Assembly: GCA_964016885.1 (NCBI GenBank)
Contig: OZ024742.1
Coordinates: forward strand, 53,816,001-53,880,000
Reading direction: 5' to 3'
DNA length: 64,000 nucleotides
Source: Eledone cirrhosa
Taxonomy: Eukaryota
The translations under genes and the position numbers were made by a program. Of the stretch, positions 26,510 to 39,740 are shown piece by piece. The notes beneath the pieces are model-generated. The model was not told the DNA's origin, ran no database searches, and saw only the letters and a program-made list of their open reading frames with translations. Position 1 is the stretch's first letter. Each line of letters starts with the position of its first letter.

Positions 26510-26565
26510 ACTGCCTGATGAGGTCATAACCATTCAATGGTTATCATCGAAATATATATAGCAGT
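26510..26565 (+). ncRNA. Minimal type I hammerhead, intact core, in a ~180 bp stub between (TA)n tracts
   Basis: ACUGC-CUGAUGA-GGU c AUAACCAU uca AUGGUUAU c AUC-GAAA-UAUAUA-UA-GCAGU, followed by AATAAA. Confidence 0.88.
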
Positions 26566-26612
26566 AAATAAAGTATTATGAGTTCATGCAATTGACTTAT
26601 GTTTCGTCACTT

Positions 26613-26672
<60 letters not shown>

Positions 26673-26679
26673 ATTAATA

Positions 26680-27785
26680 TGGTTCATTGATTACTCAATG
26701 AATATAGTTTTACAATAGATTAAAAGCACTCTACAATGAAAATTTTCTGGAGTTATTAATATTATTCAGAATATTAATAAATGAAATACAGGCCTGAGTT
26801 TAAATTAAGGGTTACATCTAAAACATTAAGTATTTTATTGTTATTTTCTACTTCTAATTTCAGGTCATAATTTTTAAAGAATTCTATAATTACTTTCTTT
26901 ACTCTATTTAATTCACTATTATTATGTCTAAGTACAGTAAATAATATGTCGTCTCTATATAAACCACCGGTAATCTCCGGCAGTTTTCTATTTATCATAT
27001 TACGGATGAAAATTCCCACAAGATCGGTAACTTGCGCCGAATCGCACGAGCCCATAGTAATGTCAAAATTCTTCTGCCTATCGGTCTAGATCTGATAGGC
27101 AGAAGAATTTTGACATTACTATGGGCTCGTCCGATTCGGCGCAAGTTACCGATCTTGTGGGAATTTTCATCCTTAATATGATAAATAGAAAACTGCCGGA
27201 GATTACCGGTGGTTTATATGGAGACGACATATTATTTACTGTAGTTAGACATAATAATAGCAAATTAAAGTAAAGAAAGTAATTATAGAAGTCTTTAAAA
27301 ATTATGACCTGAAATTAGTTAATTTTTTAGATGTAACCCTTAATTTAAACTCAGGCCTGTATTACCCTTCCATAAACTCAATGAAAACTTAAATTATGTT
27401 AGCTTTTACTCTAATCAAACTAAAAGTGTTAAAAATGCAATAGTCAATAGTGTCCAACAACGAAATAGTAAAGCTGTATATTATATTGAAGCGTTACATA
27501 AAGCAGGATATAAAAATAATATTGAATATGTAGAAAAAAATATTAATTATAAACACAGTATTCATAATAATAAAAATCAAATTGACTATAAAAATAACAA
27601 CTTGGGGAATAAATCTTAGAAAAAAATTAGGACTAGATCTATAATTTGGTATGCTAGCCAGCATCATGAGCTATTAAAACACCTTTAGTACATTTATTTT
27701 TTAAAGCCTTGGATAAATGTTTCCATAGATCACATAAGTATTACTCTATCTTCAATAGACACACGGTTAAACTTATCCCCCTGTT
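26680..27785. mobile_element. PLE RT fragment in inverted arrangement (centre ~27088)
   Basis: 'FDITMGS.DSAQVTDLVGIFI..GGLYRDD..LDVTLNL' on both strands; arms ~26785-27087 and 27088-27363. Confidence 0.88.
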
Positions 27786-28362
27786 TGTATGTAATTGATA
27801 TATCAATCTTGGTCGTTTTATATTGTAATCAAATATTTGTGAAATATTATAGCATGACATATGGTGGCAATAGCATTTCTTTATGTAGCAACTGCGTAGA
27901 AAGTGGCAGCGCTCATGTCTTTAACAAGTCACCCAAGTCATTGAAGCAATCGATTCCGGTGAAATATAGTTTAAAATGTTGCGTGCGCAATCATTTTGGC
28001 AAAACAAAACATGATCCTGAATGCTGACAATCTTACTGAGTATTGCCTGAATGTAGTGGTTAATATGGCGCAAGAGATTGGGGCCAGCAAGTGGAATGAG
28101 AGGAGGAAAGGCCTGGAAACAGAGTCGGGGATAAAACGAGAGAGGGTCTGGAGATAACATGTCTGATGAGAATCAGATCTGTCATGAGACTAGAAACTTC
28201 CGAGAAGGATAGATATTTAACAACGTATATATTCGGTGAATTGTATTATATACTCAAATACAAGGTATGAGGAGTTGCAGCTGCAATCATTAAAATAAAA
28301 ATAACAGATGCTCACTTATCCTAATGTACTTTCCAGAGATAACATGAAGCATTTATCCATAT

Positions 28363-28600
28363 TTCTTCTTCTTCTTCTTCTTCTTCTTCTTCTTCTTCTT
28401 CTTCTTCTTCTTCTTCTTCTTCTTCTTCTTTTTCTTCTTCTCCTTCTCCTTCTCCCCCCCTCCTCCTTCTTCTTCTTCTTCTTCTTCTTCTTCTTCTTCT
28501 TCTTCTTCTTCTTCTTCTTCTTCTTCTTCTTCTTCTTCTTCTTCTTCTTCTTCTTCTTCTTCTTCTTCTTCTTCTTCTTCTTCTTTCTTCTTCTTCTTCC
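28363..28600. repeat. (CTT)n microsatellite
   Basis: Direct reading. Confidence 0.97.
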
Positions 28601-28724
28601 AGCTGGAACAAAAGGTTCACGTTGTCATTTTCCAAGAGGTGTTTTATGAGGTTCTTTACTTGTAAATAAACCGAATATTAATAATGTTATGATATCATTA
28701 TAATAATAATATTATTATTATTAG

Positions 28725-28915
28725 GGCTGAGGATTGGCAGTATCGGTAGAGAGTCGGACACCATTCTTTGAAGCATAGAGTTACGTCCCTTTATGATCTG
28801 AGTTCAAATCCCGCCGAGGTTAACTTTGCTTTTCATCTTTACGAGGTTGATAAAATAAAGTACCAGTAATGTTCTGGGTAATTGCTGGCCTTGTGCCAAA
28901 AGTAGAAACAATTAT
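28725..28915 (+). mobile_element. Meta-type SINE
   Basis: Matches the window SINE consensus. Confidence 0.87.
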
Positions 28916-29668
28916 AATATTATTATTTTTCCCTCACGAATACATTTAGGTATCCACCATATCAAGTGTGAAAACAAATTTTGTTTATATATATATAGAG
29001 AGAGAATGGTTGTAATTTATTGACATATCTAAGTATAACAGACATCTCATATCACAGCATTTTTAACAATGCTTACACTTTCAAATATGATGTGACTTTA
29101 TAGCAACATGGAATAATTCCACCTGTATTAACTAAATTTAGAAAGCAACATTTTTCTTGGACACGAGCCCTGAAATATATTTTCACTTGTTGAATACATT
29201 TTGAAATCAGCCGTTATTTACTTCTTTTAGAATTATTTTTTCGCCAATCTCTGGTACCGTAAGGAACGAAAGTAACATTATACATTTTTAAACTGCGTGT
29301 CTTTTTATCTTTAGAAACACACATCTCAGACATGTCTTTCAAATGTATCCTTGCCTGCTTAGACATTACCAAACACGAACTGCGCTGAACAATGACTTAA
29401 ATCAAACAAAATATTCATTTGACCAGAGGGGTAAACAGAGAGGTAGTGTTCACAGAAATTTCTTCTATTCAAACGAAACGAGAAATCTTTTCCAAATCGA
29501 AATTAAAGTTCATTACGTTTATATAATGCTCATACAATGATTAGCTTCGCTTACAGTCAATTTCTTAAACTTAATCACTGTTAATTCTTAGTTTTGTTTC
29601 CCCACATGAGAAATGTCTTGTAACTCAATCATATATATATATACTCTCACACACACACACACACAAAT

Positions 29669-29777
<109 letters not shown>

Positions 29778-30031
29778 ATACGTGTGTGTGGATTTTAAAC
29801 CTACCACTCCATACTTCCTAGAAACACATTTTCAACTAAAAGCATTCTTTTATTGTAGGTAAGTAAGGTTTAATATTTGAAATGAATATAAATTGGTATT
29901 AAGATACTGTCTGTTTTACATTTAAACAATATATATATATATATATAAATATATATATACATTATGAAGAGAGAAGAAACATTTAGATATAATTAGTAAT
30001 AAAATGTATCATACCTAAACTGCTCCTAAAT

Positions 30032-30119
30032 TCCTCGACTACGTAGTTTCGTGGCATAAACAAAAACAATATATCAAAGATATAGAGTCTTTGCGAGGTC
30101 TGCCAACTTATCAAGAGGA
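30032..30119 (-). ncRNA. Type I hammerhead, U3-A8 core (family B copy 1)
   Basis: UCCUC-UUGAUAA-G u UGGCA..UGCCA C-GAAA-CUACGUAG-UC-GAGGA. Confidence 0.85.
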
Positions 30120-30623
30120 TACCTCATTTTACTAGTCTCAAGAACGCGTCTACACGACGTGAGAAAGAATCCCAAAAGGGCGGAGGGGGAGATAGTCACG
30201 CGATATAACGGTCGAAAAACAGAGCTAAGCCTCTTATAACCACGAAGAAAATACCACGGAGGCGGAGGGGGTATCCATATCGAGGCCGCAGAAGAGGTAG
30301 TGAAGAAGGCGAGAAGTATGAGTAATGGAAGCTTTCCAGTTGTCCCCACACTTCAAAGATTGCTCGACCAGAGGGAGTTATTAATATATTTAGAAACACA
30401 CAGATACATGCGGACACACACATATATACATGAATGCATCCGCACCCAACTGTGAGTTAAGGGTGCCAACTTCACCGATGTTGCTCAATGAATGACTGGG
30501 ACAGACCAATTCAGTTTGAACCAGACTGAACCAGTATCAGAGTTAAAAATACATTATGAAGAGAGAAGAAACATTTAGATATAATTAGTAATAAAATGTA
30601 TCATACCTAAACTGCTCCTAAAT

Positions 30624-30711
30624 TCCTCGACTACGTAGTTTCGTGGCATAAACAAAAACAATATATCAAAGATATAGAGTCCTTGCGAGGTCTGCCAACT
30701 TATCAAGAGGA
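30624..30711 (-). ncRNA. Type I hammerhead, U3-A8 core (family B copy 2)
   Basis: Same motif 592 nt away. Confidence 0.85.
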
Positions 30712-30843
30712 TACCTCATTTTACTAGTCTCAAGAACGCGTCTACACGACGTGAGAAAGAATCCCAAAAGGGCGGAGGGGGAGATAGTCACGCGATATAA
30801 CGGTCGAAAAACAGAGCTAAGCCTCTTATAACCACGAAGAAAA

Positions 30844-32454
30844 GATGAATATAAAATGAAAGTGCTTTTATAAAGGAATTTATTAGGTATTGACATATGT
30901 TTCTGTAACAGACGGAATACCTATGTATCGCTGCTTGCGTAATCATATAATGTTAGCAAGTATTCGATAGCAAATGTATAATCAGTTGTCACTTCTTCAG
31001 AGATATTGGATAAATTGGAAAAAATCAGAAAAATTGAAGTATTTATATTAGTTGTAAGAAAGGAAGAAGAGGGGGGATAGTATATGACAGATGGCAATTC
31101 AATTTACTGGTAAACAAGTATATAAAAAGTTTCTAATGAGAATACAATGAGTATATGGTTTATTTTATCTAAATAAGAATTTTTGGGAGTGCCTATTTTA
31201 ATCTATACTTGACCAATTGAACAATGGACAGGGCTGGTCGTTTGGTGTAGTAGTATTAATAGATATAAAGTGTCAATTAAGGAAGAGGGAGATTTTCACT
31301 GCTACTGAATAACAACAATGTTGGTAGCCTGCTGGTATATGCATTAGGGAATTATTTTATCTATAACAGTTTATATTAAATGGTAAAGAATAGAAGAGTT
31401 GATAGAATTAAGACTAATAGAGAATGTTAATATGTATTTTGACAATCAAACGGAGATGGAGACAGGCGTTCAATCCTGGTAGTGTTTGTAATATGATAAT
31501 GTAGATTTCAAGCGATGGTTACAGTATAACGATCGCTCTATTCTGTTATTTAATAACATATTTTTGGATTGCATAATACAAAATAATTCCATATTACCCA
31601 ATTTACAAAATTCCTGTCCGTGGGATAATGCAGGGGCAGCCGCGCTATTATATCCTATTTTAGGTTAAATTGTTGGTTATTTTCGTGCAGCTGCCAAGCC
31701 TTGTCTGCGAGTGTTGTTACATAACGCTGGTTTTCATGTTTTATCGAGTAACGATGTCTATAAAGGCGAGATTTGAAGGAGGTAGCTGTAGACCCCACAT
31801 AGTACCACTTCTGGCTATCCGATTCGATAGTGCATTTGTATATGATGTTGCGTTCAAGACACTGATTGTTCAACGGACACATTCCTGGTTGGACACAGTT
31901 ACAGTTATAATTTTGCGTTGTTGTATTGGCATGGATGGGTTGATGGGGTTGCTTAGGTAGGACAGGATGTTGTTTGTTGTTTTGTGATGTTATAGCCGAT
32001 GTTTTACGTGTATTGTTATGAGTTGGAAGGCGTTTATACAACCGTTTTGCGTTAAGCTTTTTTATATGTTGTTCAATATTAGGGGCGGTTGAATATGAAA
32101 GTCGAATAGTGTTAGGGTTTAAGATTTTATTATATTTATGTGATGTTGGAAAGTGTTTTTTAAACAAAAAGTGTTTTTTAAACAAAATAAATCTCATAGA
32201 GGTAGAAATAGCATAGAATCACCACCATACATACAGTACCGCAATAGACACACTAATAGTCACACACCACCAAACAGAAGGCGATGTAAAGAGTATATAT
32301 GGTACAACCCGGTCTATAACAACTCTATTAAAACCAATCTACCCTCACACTTCTTTCGATTAGTTAAAAAACACTTTCCAACATCACATAAATATAATAA
32401 AATCTTAAACCCTAACACTATTCGACATTCATATTCAACAGCCCCTAATATTGA
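30844..32454 (-). mobile_element. PLE fragment (linker, GIY-YIG, 3' region) with an inverted 5' piece at ~32165-32454
   Basis: ORF 31655-32197 'KHFPTSHKY..SYSTAPNI..CNC..CPLNNQCL..IIY..YVGST'. Plus-strand 'WYNP..KKHFPTSHKY'. An HHR-like motif (CUGAAGA..GAAA-CAUAUG-UC, weak stem I) lies at 30888-31005. Confidence 0.87.
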
Positions 32455-33887
32455 CAATACAACCTCTGCAGTCAGGTGACAACTACAGATATCTTGGACA
32501 GGATGAGAATGTCAGATATGATGGACCCATAAATAAGGAGAGAACCAGAACTGAATACCTCAGAAGAGTAAAGAAAATATGGTCATCAGAACTATCAGCG
32601 TACAACAAATACATTGCCCACAATACTTATGCTGTGCCAATTCTAACGCCAACATTTGGCCTGCTGAACTGGTCATTGCAAGAACTAAGTGAGATGGATG
32701 TTAGAACTCGAAAACTTCTCAGTGTTACTGGGAACTTTAACATCAATGGTGATGTGGATAGGCTATACTTCTCACGCAAGGAAGGTGGCCGGGGTCTAAA
32801 ATCAATATTAACAACATATGATACCCGGATAGTAACACTGAAGCAACACCTTTAACAGAGGAAAAAGGTTGGCAACCATCTTGCCCAGGTTTATGAGCAT
32901 GAAAAAAAAAATCATTAGAATAGCGACTGATCTGGAGGAGAGATATGGAATAAAGCCTGATATAAATCTCTCACCCAGAGAAATCGGAAGATCCTATTCA
33001 ATGTTCAAACAAGATAAAAAAATTGACCAATTTACAGAAAAAGTTGTGCATGGATACTTGAGGCGTAAAACACAGACCATAGAGGGGATAAACCACTCAA
33101 AAAGCCTGGCATGGAGTTCCGACAAGTTTATGACATCACACCTTGAGGGATATCTCTATGCAATACAGGAACAAGAACTCCCTACCAAATATGTGCTGCA
33201 CAAAAGAGGAGGGCCAGCAGCTGACAATAAATGTAGGCTATTTAAACAAAGATCGAGGATGTAAGCCACATTGTTGCCAGCTGCGAAAGAATGTAATCTC
33301 GCTACTACCTCCTCATGAGACACGATGGGATAGCTAGAACCATCTGGAACGCACTTCGGAAAACAAAATTAACAACAAACGAGGAAGAATATATTGAGAC
33401 AGATGGCACTAAGGAATACTGGTGGAACCTGAAAATAAAAACTGCCACCAAATTAAAGCACAACCGGCCTGATATTGTTGTTTGGGACCACACATTGAAA
33501 ACGTGTTCTGTTGTGGAGATCAGCTGCCCACTTGATGTAAACGTTGTCAGAAAAATACAGGAGAAGGAGGACATCAACGGACCATTGATGAGGAGTTTAC
33601 AAATCCAGTATCCAAGATACACCTTTAGCTTCATACCCATCATTATTGGAGCTATGGGTTATATACCAACCCGCTTGGACCAAAGTATGACTGAACTTGG
33701 CTTTGCGGACAAAAAGCGCAGCTCCCCAATTCATAGTCTACAAATGGCTGCGATAGCTGGCACCTTCAAAATTTGCAAAACATTCTTGCGATTCAAGGGA
33801 TGACAATTTCTTTTCTTTTATAACCTTGCGACCAGGAAGGTGGCCGGTCAAAAAAAAAATGTACTCGAAATTAAGAGAAAGAGATAA
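32455..33887 (+). mobile_element. R4/Dong-like (restriction-like endonuclease) LINE 3' fragment, frameshifted
   Basis: 'YRYLG..AVPIL..RLYFSRKEGGRGL', 'AIQEQ', decayed CCHC, 'RHD', 'RPDIVV..VEISCP', 'PIIIGAMG'. The 3' end abuts (CATA)n. Confidence 0.85.
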
Positions 33888-33910
33888 ACATACATACATA
33901 CATACATACA

Positions 33911-33942
<32 letters not shown>

Positions 33943-33982
33943 AATAAATATACACGGGTGTGTATGATTGTGTATAGAAGAT

Positions 33983-34364
33983 TATATTAATAAGAGGAAT
34001 TCCAACTTTGTCTGATTTACTCGTTTTATTTACAATCCTATAAAATTTATAATGGTATTATAATGAAATAGTATGATAGAATATTAAATGTTAAGTGTTA
34101 ATTGAACAAGTACTTTCAGGCTTTCGCAATCTTCAGGTTCATAATGTGTGGTGACAGTCAAGTTTGCAATTTCAACAGTTGAAAATTGCAAACTTGACTG
34201 TCACCACACATTATGAACCTGAAGATTGCGAAAGCATGAAAGTACTTGTTCAATTAACACTTAACATTTAATATTCTATCATACTATTTCATTATAATAC
34301 CATTATAAATTTTAAAGGATTCTAAATAAAACGAGTAAATCAGACAAAGTTGGAATTCCTCTTA

Positions 34365-34372
<8 letters not shown>
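33983..34372. repeat. Near-perfect ~390 bp palindrome with an HHR in each arm
   Basis: Centre 'caac-a-gttg' at ~34177; few mismatches between arms. Confidence 0.95.
34214..34252 (+). ncRNA. Minimal type I hammerhead (mirror copy at 34103-34141, minus strand)
   Basis: UGAAC-CUGAAGA-U UGC gaaa GCA U-GAAA-GUAC-UU-GUUCA. Confidence 0.88.
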
Positions 34373-34410
<38 letters not shown>

Positions 34411-34659
34411 TATTTGTTTTTGTGTGTATGTCTGTAAATATTGGATATATATATATAAATATAAAAACATGTATTATTATGGTTGTTGAAGATTCATGCT
34501 AACCAAACTGTTCAACTTTCATCAATATTATAATACACATGCCTGTTGGATTTATATGAAACATTAAGCTAAAGTTTGCAATACTGAGTTCAACAGTAGT
34601 TGACTCGGCGCACGGCTGGCTAGAGGGGCCAGACTGTTCTTCATTATTTGTTATTTACT

Positions 34660-34977
34660 AGGGCGGTGGATTGGCAGTATCGGTAGAGGGTTGGACGCCA
34701 TGCTTTGACGTATAGAGTTACGGCCCTTGCCATTCTGAGTTCAAATCCCGCCAAGTTCAATATAGAAACTGCTTCATTCAAAATAAATAATTGTTTCTAC
34801 TGTTGGCACAAGGCCAGCAATTATCCCAGTACGTTACTGGTACTTTATTTTAAAGACCCCGTAAGGAAGAAAGGTAAAATTAACCTCGGCAGGATTTGAA
34901 CTCAGACCCTAAAGGGCCGTAACTATGCTGCAAAGCATGGTGTCCGACTCTCTACTGATACTGCCAATCCACCGCCA
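34660..34977. mobile_element. Two Meta-type SINEs: partial plus (34660-34760) and full minus (~34787-34977)
   Basis: Consensus matches in opposite orientations. 'attcaaaataaataat' flanks the minus copy on both sides (probable target-site duplication). Confidence 0.85.
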
Positions 34978-35420
34978 TTCAAAATAAATAATCAAGGCTC
35001 ATAACATGTGATGAAACATAAATCCATCATTATGAAACAGAATTAAAAAAAAACAATCAATGGAATTGTGTCATTCGACGGTAGCATTGCGGGTGCCCAC
35101 AGTAGCATTGTAGGGTCCACTGTAGTATTTTAGGGGCCAATGCTTTGTTTTCAAAAAATACCTGAAGTCTAAGAGAAAGAGTAAATTTTAAAAGAAAATA
35201 AATAAAACATTTAAGCAAATCATTTGGTCAACCAATTCCCCAGGGAATGAATAGACACCAACATATATGATAGTGCAAATAGCTGGAATCAGTGGTTGTA
35301 CATTCTACTAAATCTAAAATTAGTGTATTCATTCATGCATGCAAACATACATATATACACACACAAGCATATATATATATATATATATACTTACACATAC
35401 ACACACAAACTGCTGACCAA

Positions 35421-35626
35421 ATAATTGTTTCTACTTTTGGTACAAGGCCAACAATTACTAGTACATTACTGGTACTTTATTTTATCAACCCCGTATGGAT
35501 GAAAGGCAAAGTTAACCTCGGCGGGATTTGAACTCAGATCATAAAGGGACGTAACTATGCTGGAAAGCATGTCCGAGCCTCTACCGATACTGCCAATTCA
35601 CCGCCCTTCTGCCAATTCACCGCCCT
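35421..35626 (-). mobile_element. Meta-type SINE with probable target-site duplication 'ctgctgaccaaataat'
   Basis: Reverse-complement consensus match; flanking direct repeats at ~35409 and ~35625. Confidence 0.87.
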
Positions 35627-36216
35627 GCTGACCAAATAATGTTTGGTATCAATGGGGTAAAAACATCTGGCAAATCAATTGGTGGTGAAAGTGGTGTGTA
35701 TATATATATACACACATACACACACACATATACATACATATATATTTGTATTTGAACATTTTGAAAGTAGGTTTATAAGTATGAATTTTACGTAGACTTT
35801 AGTGGCTGCACCAGTGGACTAGCACTAGAGACGTTGGAGACCTGGTCTTGTGTTCGATCCTGGTCGAGATGTACAGGTAATCTATTACAGTTTTTATTTT
35901 ACATCCCATAGAAAAAAAAACTGAAAAAGCTTCACCAGGAAGCCTACTCCCGACGAGGATCGAACTTCAGATCAGGATCACCAGCGTCTATAGTTCATCC
36001 AACTAGACCGCCGAAACAGACACAAGAACATAACGGAAATTAATAATTATAAACCTACTTTCAAAATCAAATAAAAACAGATGTGGTGTCGTTCATGGCT
36101 TTCCAAGTGCTATTAGTCACATTTAGGGTCGACTTGACAATCTTCTGGCTCTTTGGTTATTATTCCTATGTGTGTTTAACTGTTGAATTAATTTAATTTG
36201 ATTACTTTAACAAACA

Positions 36217-36274
<58 letters not shown>

Positions 36275-36347
36275 GGTGTTGGATGCTTAAAGCGTCCGTA
36301 TGCGGTAGGCTGCATGAGCACTCGATGCTCTCATAGAGCAGAGTATG

Positions 36348-36664
36348 ATATCACAGAAAAAATAAAATCAGTGTTGCGTCGAATGGAATTTATTGGACAT
36401 ATTACAATCGTTTCTCTGGCAACCAGCTCGAGGCACGATCGATTTGATGATCGAACCTGACTCTGAAAATCGCAAGGTCCTCAGATGCGTCTTGATTCTT
36501 GAAGGAAAATCTGCTTCGTAGAATCAAGACGTATCTGAGGACCTTGCTATTTTCAGAGTCAGGCTCGATCATCAAATCGATCGTGCCTCGAGCTGGTCAC
36601 CAGAGAAACGATTGTAATATGTCCAATAAATTCCTTGCGTCGCAACACTGATTCCCTTTTTTCT

Positions 36665-36671
<7 letters not shown>
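36348..36671. repeat. ~320 bp palindrome with an HHR in each arm
   Basis: The arms are reverse complements around ~36509. Confidence 0.93.
36528..36623 (+). ncRNA. Type I hammerhead with a long stem II region (mirror copy 36396-36491, minus strand)
   Basis: GACGUAU-CUGAGGA-(63 nt)-GAAA-CGAUUG-UA-AUAUGUC, then AATAAA. The base of stem II is not clearly paired. Confidence 0.72.
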
Positions 36672-36739
<68 letters not shown>

Positions 36740-36800
36740 GTAATAAACGAAAGAGATATACTTTATATCATCTTTATTTACTTCATTATATATAATTCGA

Positions 36801-36990
36801 AGGGCGGTGGATTGGCAGTATCAGTAGAAGGTTGGACGCCATGCTTTCCAGTATAGTTACGTCCCTTTGCCGTCTGAATTCAAATCCCGCCGTGGTTAAC
36901 TTTGCCTTTCATCCTTACGGTGTCGATAAAATATAGTACTAGTAATGTACTGGGTAATTGCTGGCCTTGTTCCAAAAGTAGAAACAATTA
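36801..36990 (+). mobile_element. Meta-type SINE
   Basis: Consensus match; flanked by 'tatataattcgaag' direct repeats. Confidence 0.88.
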
Positions 36991-38705
36991 TATATAATTC
37001 GAAGATGCAAAGTTTTATGTATAACATAAAGCAGAACATGTCCTCTTCAGACAAAATACGTATGAGATGTATAAATTTTCCATGATATGCTGGGAGCCAA
37101 CGAGCTGGACAGATCGGTGACCATCAAGCATATATATATATACATATGTATATACATACTATGCGAACAAGACCCACAGTGACAACGCTCCATACACAAA
37201 TTGTTGAATATTCTTCTAGATATGCCGAATTACTTGAAATGAATATTGTGGAAATTAGAAACTAAATGAATTAGGCATCACTGAAATGAAACATTTTATC
37301 ATTAACAGAATATCCTTCGTAACCTATATCCTGTAAAATATTAATGTAATTATTATCCTTTTTATGTTTATTAAATTTATATTTCTTGTCCAACGTCATT
37401 CGGTTTGTAATTGAATTCAAGTATCAACAGCGAGACATGTTGTTGAATTTTAATTATTAGAAGTCGGTCGGTTTATGAAAGTAACGTAGAAGAGGCTGAG
37501 CATTACACAGTCACGATTGCCTTTAACGTAAACCTCGGTAACATTCAGGAGGGCACAATTCACAGCCGGTATTCATACTCGCAATATTACGATTGTGAAG
37601 CAAACACCCTAACCACTATGTCACGCACCTTCACTGCAACTGAATTATGTGGTTAATTTTCTCTCCAATAGAATGCTTACCTGTCAGAAATTTCAATATG
37701 CCCGATCTCATCAATTTAATACATCAATGATTTAAAAAAAATCATTGTTGGTGCCTTTCTTTCTTTACCTTCGAAAAGATATCGGTGTTGATAATGTTGA
37801 TTGAAGAATTCATAAATCATATAACTTGTTCTTTCCTTTCTTTGCTTTAGTTTGTCCTTTCATGTTACTGTTTATCACTTCCCATTATTTTATTCACCAT
37901 CCTCTCATCTGTTCCTTTCTTCATTCTTACACTAGTTCTCTCATTATTATTCTATTCTCGTAAGAATTATTCACAGGACAAAAGAAACTAAAATGTAACA
38001 TGCCTAAAGAAAAACAAAACAAAAAAAAAATACTGGTCTAAAATGCAATAAATGCTGAGAGAATCTATAAAAGACATTGGCTCTCTGAACTGCAAACGAA
38101 AACGCTCCAGTAGACAAATACAATTATCACTAAATGAAAATACAAAAAAGATAATATATTATAATAAAATATTAAAAAAAGAATATATTTTTAATACAAA
38201 TCTCTGCATATATAATATAAAAGTGAAGTGAAGTGTTGTAGCTCCGTAACAAGTGAAGAGATTTGATTTTCTTTGACGTTGAAAGCAACTCTGTATTCGA
38301 CAGGTTTTCATACATGCACATGTCTTTCTTATAGGATATAAAAACCCATTATAATGATGCTGAGGAAATTTTGTTAGATATTGAAACATAATATTACTGA
38401 ATGAACATAGTTAATGACAGTAACAGAAGTTCTCAATAACATACACACAGAAACATTTCACGACTGCATAATAATTTCGTATGATGGCACAAAGCCATAT
38501 ATGCTCATACATGGCGTGTAGTTTATACAGTGACCCTTATTCCATGACTGGTACTTAGAATGGAATGACTTTATTATTGTATGTTACACACGGAAAGCTT
38601 AACTGCTGCATGTCTTATATCCAACTTTAATATGTTCATTTGCACACCACAGATTTCAAGTTATGATAGTATTAATCTATAGTATATAGAGTTGACTCTA
38701 AAGAA

Positions 38706-38812
38706 GGCGGTGGATTGGCATCGGTAGAGCGTCAGACACCATGCTTTGCAGTATAGAGTTGTTATGGCTCTTTACGTTCTGAGTTCAAATCCCAAATAAA
38801 GTACCACTGGGG
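38706..38812 (+). mobile_element. Internally deleted Meta-type SINE
   Basis: Head and tail present, core missing. Confidence 0.75.
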
Positions 38813-39326
38813 TAACAATTATTTAGAGTTGACTATGCTAGAATATTACGCTGAAGCTGGTAGCAATACAAATAGAAAGTATAACACAACGAAAGCTCTC
38901 ATTCTGAGACAAATAAACAAATTGTTAGTTTTTCATTATCGAATTATCATGCGTGAATGATAGATACCAGACATATATATTTAGATATTTCTTAACAAAG
39001 AAGAGAGTTCAGCTTTATGAACGTGTTGCCGCTAATCAATAGTTTAAATTATCATATCAAATTATATGTCCCTTGAATGGAATTCATTAACCATAAAAAT
39101 TATATCGGTTTATTTTAATTGTATGACACTGTAAAATGACACTGATAGATTGTGAAGAATAATAAGTATATAATCTAAATAGCTGTACAAGTATCAAAGC
39201 GAATGATTATCATTTTTTTGCTGCGTTTATTCATCTGCTTTGTCACTCAAATCAACAAGCAATGAAAAGATTACTTTGCTGCACACGTGCTTGCACAAAT
39301 ACACTCAGATCCATATTAATACAGTC

Positions 39327-39740
<414 letters not shown>

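Larger units (their letters stand above)
29957..30843 (-). mobile_element. Family B: ORF-less element with 295 bp direct repeats at a 592 bp period, each with an HHR
   Basis: 29957-30251 equals 30549-30843 with one mismatch noticed. The 3' end (minus strand) runs into (TA)n. Confidence 0.88.

Noticed and set aside
28158-28220. ctgatga..gaaa-cttc-cga-gaag HHR candidate
   Set aside because: No UH in register, and stems I and II are unsupported.
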